A model generated the notes under the pieces. It was given only the letters and a program-made list of their open reading frames with translations. It was not told where the DNA came from and made no database searches. A program made the translations under genes and the position numbers. Source: Raillietiella orientalis (Eukaryota). Taken from it: a stretch of 64,000 bases of DNA. Location: positions 1,302,001 to 1,366,000 of the forward strand of contig JAYWIR010000043.1 of NCBI GenBank assembly GCA_036172245.1. The letters run 5' to 3'. Positions 12,701 to 30,960 of the stretch are shown here, in pieces; the stretch's first letter is position 1, and every line of letters begins with the position of its first letter.

Positions 12701-13921
12701 GGCAGTTAAACAAATCACTTGCATTTACAGTAATGATTAACAGCACCATAGAAATAGATAGAAAAATTTCCAGGGATGAGTCAAAGCAAAAGTACTTTAG
12801 GTGTTGGAACCCAGAACAAGTCTACATTCATTTTTAAAACATCACTGCTTCATATTATTACTTTGACAGTCAACATAACAGGATTTGCAATTTGTAACTA
12901 TCCTTTTATTAACTGCAAAGAAGAGCAGAATTACACATGATCTAAAAATGTGAAGAAAATACCAGGGACACAGCTAAAGTTTTTTTTTTTATCATCGATC
13001 TAGCTTTTGTTCAGTATAATGGAGATGATCATTCCGGTTAACTAAGTTGCTACTTGGTTAACTGAACTCTCCGCACAAGTGCACCTAATAATAGCCCATG
13101 TAGCATGTATGCAACTTGCCAATGCAAGGAAACCTCAAATTATGCACAAACACTTCACAACATGTGTTGAAAATGATTCAATAGACTCATGAGTCCAGAT
13201 AAAATTCACACTCCATGTATGGATAAACTAGTAAACAAATGTAACTTACAGTTCCTCCTTTCTTGAGTGACTGAACTGTGAAGTCAGGACAAAATAACAA
13301 ATCCTATAAAACAATTATAAACATAACTTACAATTGGAAATGAAAAAAAGACTCACACAAATTGCTGAAACTAAAGACTGAGCCAGTGGAACATTATCTG
13401 AATTTTTATCATGTTCTACAGTCCCTTGACTATGAGCTGACCAAAAGAAAGTTCTCCACTCAGAATTTTCAAAAATATATGGAAGTATTCTTGTCAATAA
13501 TCGCACACAGTTGATAGCTAATTAAAATGAGATCCACTTGCAGTTTATTACAGAAAAACAATATTGTCACACCTATCTGCTGTTCATGCTGAGTATGAAT
13601 ACCCTGCTGTGATGAGTGGACCAACTTTTCCACGGCTTTGTAAACTAACGTAGCAAGGTTCGTAGGTGTCTCTTCTCTCAGAGCTCTAACTTCAACTGCA
13701 GGAATTAGAGTAAAAATATCTTGGATGGTTAGTACACCTTCTACCCAAAACTGATTCCAGAATGCTTCATCACCAATATCAACTGGCTAAGTATATATTA
13801 TTAATTAAGCTCGGCATCTTAATTTAGCACATTTTCATTTTTCTTGATAACTTGCCTGTGTTTTTGTTGTCAGTTGTACAACAGCATTACGGAAATTCAA
13901 TTTTGTTGAAGAATTTCCCAT
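9772..13921 (-). CDS. HID1: Protein HID1 (dense-core vesicle/TGN protein), multi-exon
   Basis: Starts MGNSSTKLNFRNAVVQLTTKTQ (myristoylation Gly2). Internal DSCEYIWEAGVGF, SRIHREEDFQF, GERNFGVRLN, HGTLVGLLPVPHPILIRKYQAN. Ends NVDPPIWYDTDVKLFEIQRV*. Confidence 0.97.
12257..12278. repeat. (TG)n microsatellite in a HID1 intron
   Basis: Direct observation. Confidence 0.9.
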
Positions 13922-16357
13922 TCAGCAAAAGAAAATATCAACAAATAATTACCACAAAAGCACTATGAAAAAGATCACATTTTTGCCAGTACTTGGAATA
14001 TTAATATAATCATAATCAATCCAATAATACCTGCCAACTAAGCCAATAAATTATTTAATATATCAAAAAATAGACCGAAACCTTGACAAACTTATGAAAC
14101 AAGTTAAAACAAGTATTCTAAAAGAACCAGGTCAACACAACATACAAAGAAAATCGGTATCATCCTTGTAATCAGTCCCATTTAAAACCACAGATACATA
14201 CAGCATCAACGGAATACGGGCATATGTTTTTTTTTTTTTTATACTACTGTTTCATTATAATGTCAAAGCATACACTAACTAATGGAAACAAAATATGGAA
14301 AACTTCCTAATCTAAATACTTGGGGGTTGGTTCTTAAAAGCTCGAACTAAAAGCACACAAATTACATATGTTCCCTTGTATTACAACAGATGTTTTACGT
14401 ATGAATACAATCGTACCACACTTACAAATACTTGCATACCCGTGATGCAATCACCTCGTGAAACCATTATCTTCTTGATCTCGCAGCATCAGTTGTGCAA
14501 ATTTCCTGATTCACGAAAATCAAATAACCTGCCTAATTATGCAGATCAGTTGGATACTAATTGTACATTTTTATAATTAGCATCGCAATTCCAGGTTAAC
14601 ATACAAATTGCAGAATTTCAGGATCAGGGCGTGGGCACACTCCCCATAGCTATATGATACTGAGGTGACACTTCTGCACGATAAATAATAAAATATTTAT
14701 AAGTTTTAAACTCTCATTACTATGCCAACTTACACAGCATTTGGTAACCATTACTAAATATTCAAAGATTCAATCATTTCATCTATCAATAAAAATTCCA
14801 AAGTTTTGTTTTTGTTTCAACTTCATAAGTAAAATCCACACCCACTCCACCCTAGTTTTAGCTACCAAATAACATTTAGATTATCAATCATGGTTTCCTC
14901 TTAATTAAGAACTGGGATTTCTTATTAAGCGATTTCAATTTTTTGATAAATACAGGGCTAATAACAGCGAACTAGAGGAACTTTGCAAAAGATGAATATA
15001 GTTTCTAACAGGAACGTATTTCTTTTACATTTCAAATAATGATTTGGTATTTATGTTTCCTTTTCTGATTAATGTAAAGCATGTAACACTCTTATAGCTT
15101 CACGGTTTTCACGTGCTGTCTCCCTATTTATAGTTTGCTCAATACATAAAGCTCTGCTTTCAGTATGTGTGATCGTCTCAGAGGTCCGTAAAGCGACAGC
15201 AGCACTGATGCTCCTCAGGAAAAAATCACGACATTAAATCTTATACAAGCTGCGAAGGACATATAAAAAGATACCATGAGGGACTTTCTCGACGCTAATA
15301 TTCTGTTTTGACAATCTCGGAATTTAAACGAATAACTGGATACTGGACTTGCACTTTCTTGAGTGTTTTGTCTAATTAGGAATGCAGATTGAGATCATCA
15401 CATTTCTCTCCTTCTATTCCCTCCTTTAACTCCTCCTTTGATCCATTTACAGTTTTTCGTAGCTAAAGATATACTCTAGACAAAGAACTGTGACACATGG
15501 AATGCATTAGATCGCTATTCGGAGAAGGCCAAAAAAATTTGCGACACATTCTTCGCGAGATCGTTAACTTGTAATAAGTTATAGAAGAGGAATTTCACAA
15601 AAGAATTTCTTCCTTTTGCCAACTAAGCCTCAATGGAGATGTTCTATGCGGAAGAGAATGCTTTGTAATACTTACAGAAGAAAATTGGTGCCAGCAACAG
15701 TGCAACTTAGGCATACATAAAAGAAACGTTTCACCCAATGTCAAACTTAGGTCTTCCTCTCAGAAAGATTTCAAAGAAACCCTTAAACAGGGAGCTATTC
15801 TGTTACAGCTAGCTAGCTAATCACCAAGTTTCTGGAATAATTGCCTTTTTCCGTCTGTTTGCAAAGCGTGACGTTTTCGTGTCTATTTAATGGTGAAGCC
15901 TACAAAGGAAATTGCTGCTATTATTTCATCACAATAAAAGCAGCTTGATTAGCTTGATTAGCTCACAATTAGCTTAATTTATTTTATTTTTTAAGTAAAA
16001 AAATGTAATAGACTTATTTTTAGCCATACGTGGAAGAGTTTAAAATATGTGGGATTGGGTGAACAAAGGAACGTAATTATACAAGGAAATTGCTCATTGA
16101 TAGGAGCCAAGAACTGATGCACATAAGGTAAAATACAACATCCTTTCCAGTCAAGAAAATCCTTTAATATTTCCTGGATCAAATTATAAATAATAATTGC
16201 TCTATAAAAAAGTAATCTCATCCATCCCTGTGTTTATTTATAGTGGGAAGATTTTGCAATAGATACGCGGCACGCATGGGAACCGTGGCGAGATTACAGC
16301 TGCAGTGAATGGGTTATCAATGCAGTTAACCATTTTTTTGGAGATTCTACTTTTGAA

Positions 16358-18365
16358 ATGAAGAATTACTTATCGTTTGCTCATAGGTCCATAGCGGACA
16401 ATCTGAGAGCAAATAGCTATAGGAAAGAAGTTACGCGCTTGCACGAATTAACAGGTAAAGAATAGCTGAATTCTCATTTCAAATTGGCACAAACTTAATG
16501 TCATTTGTGGATTAAATACTTTTGTATTGAGCATCATAATGTAATTGAGCATCATCATAATGTAAGTTTCATATGATGCCTCTCAAACTTAAAATTATGC
16601 CATTAAAGGTATTCCCCGCAAATTCATCAAAGATTATATTAAGGAATGTTTAGACACTGAAATATCAGAAGATTCCATACAAGATTGTTACTCATTTTAT
16701 GAGGTAAGACTGTGTTTTTGACAAGTGCAGTTATTCAGCGCCCCTTTTGTAGTCAGAAAAAATACATGCAAGTTGTAAAAAAACTTTTCTTAATGTTTTA
16801 ACAATGCCAAAATTCAAACTGTGCCACTTGACCAAGTCTTTACAGGAATTAGGTTTTTCACAAGTTTCCACAAAATGGATATGTGGGTAATGTTCTGGCG
16901 GTATTTAGACATTGTTCTAATATTAAACAATTTTAGGTATGATGTTTATGGGGAGCAAACCTTGAAGACTTTGAGACATTTTTCATGCAACAAAAATGTA
17001 TCAATTTCAAAACTGATTTTTCATTTGAAAATCTCTGAATCTGATAAAACCCAAATACAGGAACAACTAATCCATTTAAGTGATCTGTCTGCAGTCAGGA
17101 TGATTTTAGAAACCATTTATGAAACTTACTTGCAGATGAAGTTGGAAAAACATGTAAAGACCATTAAAGAAAAGTTCAGAGTACAAATAAATCATCCAAT
17201 CAGTCTTGAGTGGCTTGATGACAATGTGAATCTTCTCTTAAATTCTTTTGGACTGTGTAGACCTATGGTAATTTGGCTGCATTTTCATCCATCATGTAAT
17301 TTACTTTTTAATATGTTGAGAAATATGTTTTGAAATGTTTTGTAAATAATAATCAGATGTATTTATATTTGTTTTCCATAAATCTTTTGAATTAATTAAA
17401 AATTCTCGGTTCTGTAGTGAGTTCAACTGTTGCAAAATAGAATGAGAATAATAAGAATGTAACAGTATGTTGACTGTCAGAATGTGGCTAATAATTAAAT
17501 ATTCATTGCCCGTGCCATACATATGAATGTATTTTAGATCTTGGATAATTTATATCTGCTGAGTTGTGTTCCAAGCAATTTATTGGGCATTTTAGCACTT
17601 CCTAATCAAGATCAGCTGAAGCAAGTCATATTACGTCATCCAAGGATTTTGATGATACCATATAAAAAAATTGAAGAGGTGGCAGTGCTTGCAGATCGTT
17701 ATTGTATTCCATTCTTCTCTTTATTTAACAGTACTGGAATTCTTCACATGAATTTGCAAGATGTGTATTCCTTGCTGCCTTTTATATTGGCTATGTTTGG
17801 CCATTCCTATTATCAAAAATACAAGGGAAAACCACCCATAAGACTGTCAGAAATTGCTCGGCATCGGATCCAGCAAATGAAACAGATGAAGGTCGAAGTC
17901 ACAGATTTGCAGTGTGTGTGTCTTCCTTTAGGTGACTTTGAAAATTTCTTGAGTGGAAAACAAGTTTCTAGTCTTGTGTCTTCTACTTACGAGTGCTTTC
18001 ATGAGTGGACAGGCATTCCTTATCAAGATGTAAAATTACAATTCAGTAGACTTGGCAGACATGATTTAATTAGCAGATTCGATGTGATTGCTAATCTGAA
18101 CTTTCTTAAAAATAAAGGTTTCGTTCAAACACAGCTGTCGTGTGCAGCAGTCTTATTAACTTACTCCCCCCAAGAATTGCAAACAGCTCTTCTGGAAACA
18201 AGCCTACTTTCTGATATAGGATTATTTGGTGATCGTTGGATGGAGCACCCTCAGGCATTGCAGCTTGTGCTGTATGTCATACAGTATAAAAACATCAAAA
18301 GTTCTTCAGCATCCCAGAACAGAAAGACTGATTATGAGAAAGTTTGTAGCATCGATCAAACGTAA
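16358..18365 (+). CDS. mTERF-family mitochondrial transcription termination factor-like (mTerf5-like); approximate exons 16358-16454, 16609-16703, 16846-16886, 16938-17267, 17539-18365
   Basis: Phase-consistent GT-AG splicing into a 274 aa terminal ORF. mTERF-like Leu-rich repeats (QVILRHPRILM, NLNFLKNKGF...LLTY, LQLVLYVIQ). The start codon is uncertain. Confidence 0.55.
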
Positions 18366-19466
18366 ATTACAAAGGAAAAATAAACTTTTGAATATCGATG
18401 TAGTCTACATTCATTCTTTGAAATGAATGTTTTCCATATTACCTAGGAAAATATTTTTTAAAAAATTTACTAAATAAACTTTTATTCAGAAAACTTTCAT
18501 CCCAATTTCTTTTTTCTCTCTCGGTGCACATGATTTTCTTAGCAAATTCCAAAAAAATGAACGTTCTATTGGGAATTTCAAAAGGGACTTGTTACGTTTG
18601 AGGACTTTCGCTTGTCTCATTTTGACATATGTCTACAAGACTTTCGTTAGCGTCCCTCATATGAAATTTTAGGACACTGGTAAAGTCCAGCAAATATCGA
18701 GAAAAAATTGTAGATAAAATAAGCACTTTCACTGGACCCGTAAATTTCCGATCACCGTAACAACTCGATTCATGACAGTTCAAAACAAGAAATCACATAT
18801 TCTATTTTTGCAAATATATTTTGAATCTATTCTAAGATACTTCAAGCATGTCAAGCATCTTCAACGATTTATCAGCACCAAAAGAAGATAAGTTCGGAAA
18901 TGAAATCAATACAATTATTTTATGGCTATTCACCGTACTTTTTGAAAATAAGCTGTATAACTGTTTTAAACTTTTCACAGTATTTTCCTTGCTATTCTAA
19001 AAAGAAAAAGGGGAATTCTTAAAAACTTAAGAATCTTTTAATTAATTCTTCAATTGATTCTTTAGAGTTTCATGGGATAACCACGATATATTTGTGTGGA
19101 TAATCTCTGCAATCACTTCTGCTAATTAACTGACTATGGTACTTCTTGTTTTGGTTCTTAATGACGTACTGAATGATAAATTCACATAGGATCACGTACT
19201 ACGTAATGCTGTGTGTATGCTGATGAGCAGATTGTAATTTTGTGTTTATTTGCTGGTATTTTCATGCATTACATAAATGTAAGACAAATGCGCACTTGGT
19301 AAATAAATAATTCACCTATTGATTGATTTTGTTATACTTCTATTTTTTTTTAGCCTGATGTATGGAAAGATCACAAAATGTGCCAATTTTATTACCCATT
19401 TGAGGAATCAGGGACTTTGATTGTGTGAATTTTTACTCTCCAAGTTGTGTCTATAAAACCCCAAAA

Positions 19467-25974
<6,508 letters not shown>

Positions 25975-28378
25975 CTCCTTGTAACAGTTATTTTGTAAAG
26001 GTAATCCACACTCACGACGACGATAAAATATTTTTACCCATGGTTGACCGGAGTGCTTAATGACCTCGTGCCCTGAGCGTAAAACAAAAGCATTAAAAAA
26101 CTGATTACGTGAGCTTTGCTACCTGTGATTTTTGTACTGAAAATATAAAGTAAGTATGCAGAGGGGAAATGTTCGACGGAAGCGAAAAGCTGTGAGCCGG
26201 ACACCCCCCAAGCTGTGTTTGTTTGGGGGGGGGGGGGGAAAGAAGGAATGTACAGAAATTAAAATCGTGCACTGATTTTACAAATATTTTTATTTCCTTA
26301 AATACTATGAAGAGACGAGAAACAAAATATGACACATCTTTTGACATAATCAATTGTTAAAATAATATTTCTAATTTGATACTTAAAGCATCGAAAACTT
26401 AATGGCATTTAGAAAGACACTTATGCGAAAGACAAATTGTCAATGGAAGATCGCGATTTATAATAAATGATTTCCTATGTGGCTTCAAGTGCTTATGTAC
26501 ACATTCCGAATTAACACAGAAAAAACTTTGATGCCATTGGCGTGCCGGGAGTTCTGAACCGTTCAACAAACTTAACAGTCGGTATGCTGATGGAAATTCC
26601 ACTTTACAAAATGATCCTTGGGCTTAGCAATTTCAATAAAAATCCATTGGATAAAACTGGAAGACACAATGTATCGTGAACTTGAGAAGTGGATGGTTTC
26701 GAGGACTCCCCCCCCTCTTATCCCCACCCACCCCCCCACCCCCCCAAAAAAAAAAAAAAAAAAGTTGGAAACCATGCGTGGATGATGGAAGGAATACGGG
26801 GACGTCGATGAAATCAGGAATTACATACTCGCTTTCGGAAGAGCCGTAGCGCCCTAAAAAGGAGAAAAAATTGCAATGAATTATCTTATGGATACAATTT
26901 ATCATAAACATGGTTTGCTACTAACAACATGGCTGTGGGTGATTTTTTTTTTCGGCGGGGGGGGGGGGGGCGGGAAGAAAAGGGGGAAAAAGAAGCAGCA
27001 GAAGCGGTCGACGGCTTGGGGATTTTTTTTTTGGGGGGGGGGGGGGTCGAAGAGGGGGGGAAACTTTCACCACCGGTTCGATCGGATGCCAATGTGAGGT
27101 GACGCAGTATGCGTAATTTTTCCCTTGATGTTTCCCCATTTCGGTCATCGATGCAGGCAGCATCGTGGGGGTCCTGACGCGGGAATGCGCGCGCGCGTGT
27201 CCGACGCGGGAAAGCTGCCCTGTGGCCAAAAGAAAGCCGACCGTTTCTTTCACGCTCGCAGTGCAGCAGCAGCCTCCTTCGTCGGCATTCCTCGCGGAGG
27301 ATGGACGGTGGCCTTCTCGCGGTGAATGCCGGCGTCCATTACTCAAAGGTTTCCCCCCCCCCCCACACACACACACTCAGAGTGCGGCCTTTACGTCTCC
27401 ATGCAGCGCTACGGCCGTAACAGAAAGCATGGCAGCGCTTTATCGGAAATTTCCGTAGAAAGCTTTGCCAGCGGTGACCTGGGTCTCGGCCGGCCCCCGT
27501 CGTCCCGGAGGACTCCCCACCGAGGGTATCCTGCGTCTTCACCCAGATGGCTGGAGCCTTGCCGAACGGACCAAGCCATCCTTTAAATTAGAAGATAATC
27601 TAAATGAGCAATTACGGCGCTTTGTGTTTCCTGCGAGCGCGTTCCCTTCGACGAAATTCCCTCGGAACTCATTTGGAAAAAGCATAAATAAGGAAGGGGG
27701 GAAGGGGTGTGAATTGCAGCCGTTGCACCGTGTTGGTTTCCCCGTCGGCGTGAGCTCCGAGGCGCCGGAATCCACTCTGCGAATTTGGTACACTCGACCG
27801 GGAGGCAGGCATTTCAGAGTATCAGTCTCGGGCGGAATCCCAGCGAGAGGGAAAGCGTCCCGTTCTCCCTCTTCTCGCCCGTGAAGCCTTCCAGCTCGAC
27901 GGCTGGAAGATCGGCCGGAAAAGGGGGGCGAATTCCGTCATCCGGGAACGTGGTGGCGACGGGATTTGCCCATCGCTTCGCGGCCTACTTCCGGCTACCG
28001 TCAAAGTGTAGCACAGAGTCCCAACTGCTTCGGGAGGAATTCGCGCCTACGAGAAGAAACTTTTTCGTTTTCCCTCCTTCCAAAAGCCGGAAGTGAATTT
28101 ACGAGGTCGTTAGCTGTATCCTCCTGCCGTTCTAATGAAGCAATCTCGGATTATAAATCGGCTAAGGAATGTTCATTAAAGCAAGTGAATTCCAAGCGAC
28201 CTGAATGGGAAGGTTTTCAAAGTGTAAAAAATGAGCCCAGTTCTCGTTTCCCCCGCAGTGTCGAGAAGTTTCGTAGCCCGAGAGACGTGTGCCTATTCCC
28301 CCAGGAATCATTTGTCGTCCACTCAAACTTAGGGATAGTATTCATGGTGGGGGCGGGGAGGGGGGGGATCGGAAATGA

Positions 28379-29134
28379 TCAGTATGCCGAGTCACGGCGG
28401 GCGGGTATCACATTCAGGAAGGGAAAAATGTATTTGCTTACCTTCAAACCTTTATTTTCTTTCAGAGTGTTTTGGAAGACTTTGTGATAGACGGTATCGA
28501 GAGCATACTTTTCGTCCTGAGAAAGACTAATTCGATAGTCAGTTGTTTTTCGCTTGTGAAAACGAGGATATCTTAGTTTTTTGTACGAGTTCGTCGTTCT
28601 GTACACCACCGGCTTCTTCGTCTCCCTCGTTTCGGTGAGATGGGCGTCTCCGGATAAGTGTCTTCGCAGTTCGTCAAATTTTCCCTGGCTGCCGTGATAA
28701 ACGGAAGTTTGCGGTTCGTCGTTGACGTCGGACCTCATGTTGTTGTTGTTTCTATCGAAATATCCTTGCTGCAAGTAATTTCTGACTATCTCGTATTTAT
28801 CTACTTTTCCCAACGAATTTTGGGACCATTTTCCTGGGTGTGTAATCAGCCTGCCATAGATGGGCTCGTCGGTTTTGTCATCCAGAAGAGGATCATTGCC
28901 ATAGATTGCATTGGCCCATAAAGTGGTTCGGGATTTCCTTCTTGACTGCCTCCACATAGCTTTCAGCTGTTCACAGGTTGGTTGGACAATGGTCACCGAA
29001 TTCCTGATCTCCTGATTCACAAGATTCTGCAGGAGTTGCCTTTCTTGTTTTTTCAAATATCGGATGTTTCCACTGAAAGTACGGGATTCTGCAAGCGTCA
29101 GCACTATCACGAAGGAAACTGAGACAATGAGCAT
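28379..29134 (-). CDS. Secreted, prohormone-like uncharacterized protein (251 aa ORF; may splice at the AAG|GTAAGC donor at 28441)
   Basis: Hydrophobic signal peptide MLIVSVSFVIVLTLAES. Acceptor TGCCAG lies just before the ATG. PTCEQLKAMWR and PIYGR motifs, plus several basic clusters (RRK, RR, KK, KRK). Confidence 0.75.
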   Translation of the reverse strand: MLIVSVSFVIVLTLAESRTFSGNIRYLKKQERQLLQNLVNQEIRNSVTIVQPTCEQLKAMWRQSRRKSRTTLWANAIYGNDPLLDDKTDEPIYGRLITHPGKWSQNSLGKVDKYEIVRNYLQQGYFDRNNNNMRSDVNDEPQTSVYHGSQGKFDELRRHLSGDAHLTETRETKKPVVYRTTNSYKKLRYPRFHKRKTTDYRISLSQDEKYALDTVYHKVFQNTLKENKGLKVSKYIFPFLNVIPARRDSAY

Positions 29135-29864
29135 CTTGACTGGCAGACAGGAAATGGAGGTGAATCCAGGAATCGGTTAATTATTCAAAAAGAAAGATAA
29201 AGCCATTCATTTTTATTGCTTTCTTGACGAGGAAATATTCGAAAGCACGTCATGATGGAGTAACTGCTGGGAAGATCAGTCGTTTCGGTGACGCACCAAC
29301 GTGTAGGAGCTCTCCAAAAAGTGCATGCTGTTGCAGCAACGGTCAAGTTCACTGATGCTCAAATCTCCATGTTCGGAGCTCTTCTACTGTTTGAACTGAA
29401 AAAACGAGAACATGTGAATGACTGAGAAACAGCTGCAACGCGTGGATGAAAAATAGCAAGAGTGGTCCAGTGGGAAATCACGGCGTTTGTCGGGGGTACG
29501 AGCCGAGTGATGCCGCGTTTGTCTCCCTGGACCGCGCAAGCCCCCTCAGGTTGAGGCAGCTTCCGTTTCCCTCGAAATGTGTTCCGTGGGTCGAACCACG
29601 GACCGTGTTTGTAAGAATCGGAGGGCGGAGGCGCGGTTGCTGTGCAGCCATGGTAACTTCTCCGTCCCTTTCCTCCACGAGAACGGCATTCCAACCGCAT
29701 CGCGTGTGATCTGATGATGCGGAGTCGGTAAAGTCCAAACAGTACTGTGCGTTACGGACACGGGGATCAATGAGCCCCCCCCCCCTCAAAAAAGGAAAAC
29801 GAGCGAACTGGAACGCGCCACCCCACATGGGAGCTGGAGGGCCGGAAGTTGTGGGGAGCTCGGA

Positions 29865-30230
29865 ATGGAGAAAAGCGCGAAAGTTGTAAACCGTCTCATC
29901 ACTGAAACTGCTCACGTCTGGCATCAAGGCACGCACGACAACCGAGCGGATATTCGAAGATTTCTGGGCTTTGGAAAACTCAGCGTGGACCACAGTACCA
30001 AGCCGAGAGTCTGGTGGTGCGCCAGAAAGGCCACCGCAAGTCTGGCCTTGGGAAGGAAGAACAGCAGACTACTTGGGCGTAGCAAAGACACTTCCGTGAG
30101 TGAGTTGTCGGAAAGAGTGGGTCGGCGAAAGGGGGGTCGGCTGGTGTGGGCGAAATGGGAGGAGCATCGTGACGTGGGACGAGTTTGCCCCGTTACCGTG
30201 CCAGGACCGGTGGACCGGAGATGCTGACAG
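29865..30230 (+). mobile_element. Decayed Ty3/gypsy integrase fragment
   Basis: SAKVVNRLITE... followed by frameshifted RESGGAPER (cf. PqSnG.vER). Lies directly upstream of repeat copy 1. Confidence 0.4.
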
Positions 30231-30265
30231 CGCAGTCACTTGACCGCAGTCACACGGCCGCCAAC

Positions 30266-30960
30266 GCGAGCCGTGGCTTGGCTGCGGTCTCCGCACGTGA
30301 CACCAAGCGTTGAGAGTTCGAATCCCACCCGGGGGAAATGTGGACTCCGAGAACGGAGGGGAGGGGGCGTCGTGGGCCTGGAGTCCACCCCGCAGGATGG
30401 CGCTGGTTAGCCTTCACGCTTCAGGTGCGACACTGATAACCCCGTTGACTAGTCGCGGTTAGAAGTTGATCCTCCGGGGTCCTTCCAGGAATCAAGGACA
30501 CCTTCGGGGTTCCCCTCCGGATGTGAAAACGGAGCTGTTTCATGGATCTGGTTGACCATCCCCTTCGGGGAGTCGCCTCTCCAGAGCTTAGGAAGCGCGC
30601 TGCTCCCTTCGGGGAGCGCCCTTCAGAGAAAACTGGGGAGCGTGGGGACGCTTCGGGGTTCTCTGCAGAAAAGGAGGAAGCGAGTAGCGAATCCTTCCCT
30701 CGTTCCCTTTGGAGAAGAGACGAGGAGCGCCCCCCTCCCCCCTCTTGGAAGACGTCGGGAAGATGAGCAACCCTCTGGAGAAAATAGGAAAGAGGTGCTT
30801 CCCTTCGGGGTTCCCTCCCAAAAGTAAAGGGAACGGAATGTTTCCCCCGGTATCTCTCCCAGATTCATAGGGCTATCCATACAAGGTTGCCCCCTAACTT
30901 GAAGCGTTCACATGCGCCTTCAGGTGGCGTGGACAGCGTTAAAGAGCTCTATGAGCCACC
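30266..30960 (+). mobile_element. tRNA-headed dispersed repeat, copy 1 (LTR-like or long SINE)
   Basis: A-box-like TGGCTTGGCTGCGG and B-box GTTCGAATCC (30316-30325). Shares blocks GATGRCGCTGG, TCCTTCCAGGA, CTTCGG hairpins and TTCATAG...GGTGGCG with the other copies. Confidence 0.75.

Noticed and set aside
16024..16262. Extra upstream coding exons or a second cistron before the mTERF-like gene
   Set aside because: Splice sites are plausible, but every frame has a stop; more likely 5' UTR.
29711..29740. Hammerhead ribozyme core (CTGATGA)
   Set aside because: No following stem II and GAAA in the right position.
30270..30335. Functional tRNA gene (also 58575-58640)
   Set aside because: B-box present, but no complete cloverleaf, clear anticodon arm or oligo-T terminator; it is the head of a dispersed repeat.
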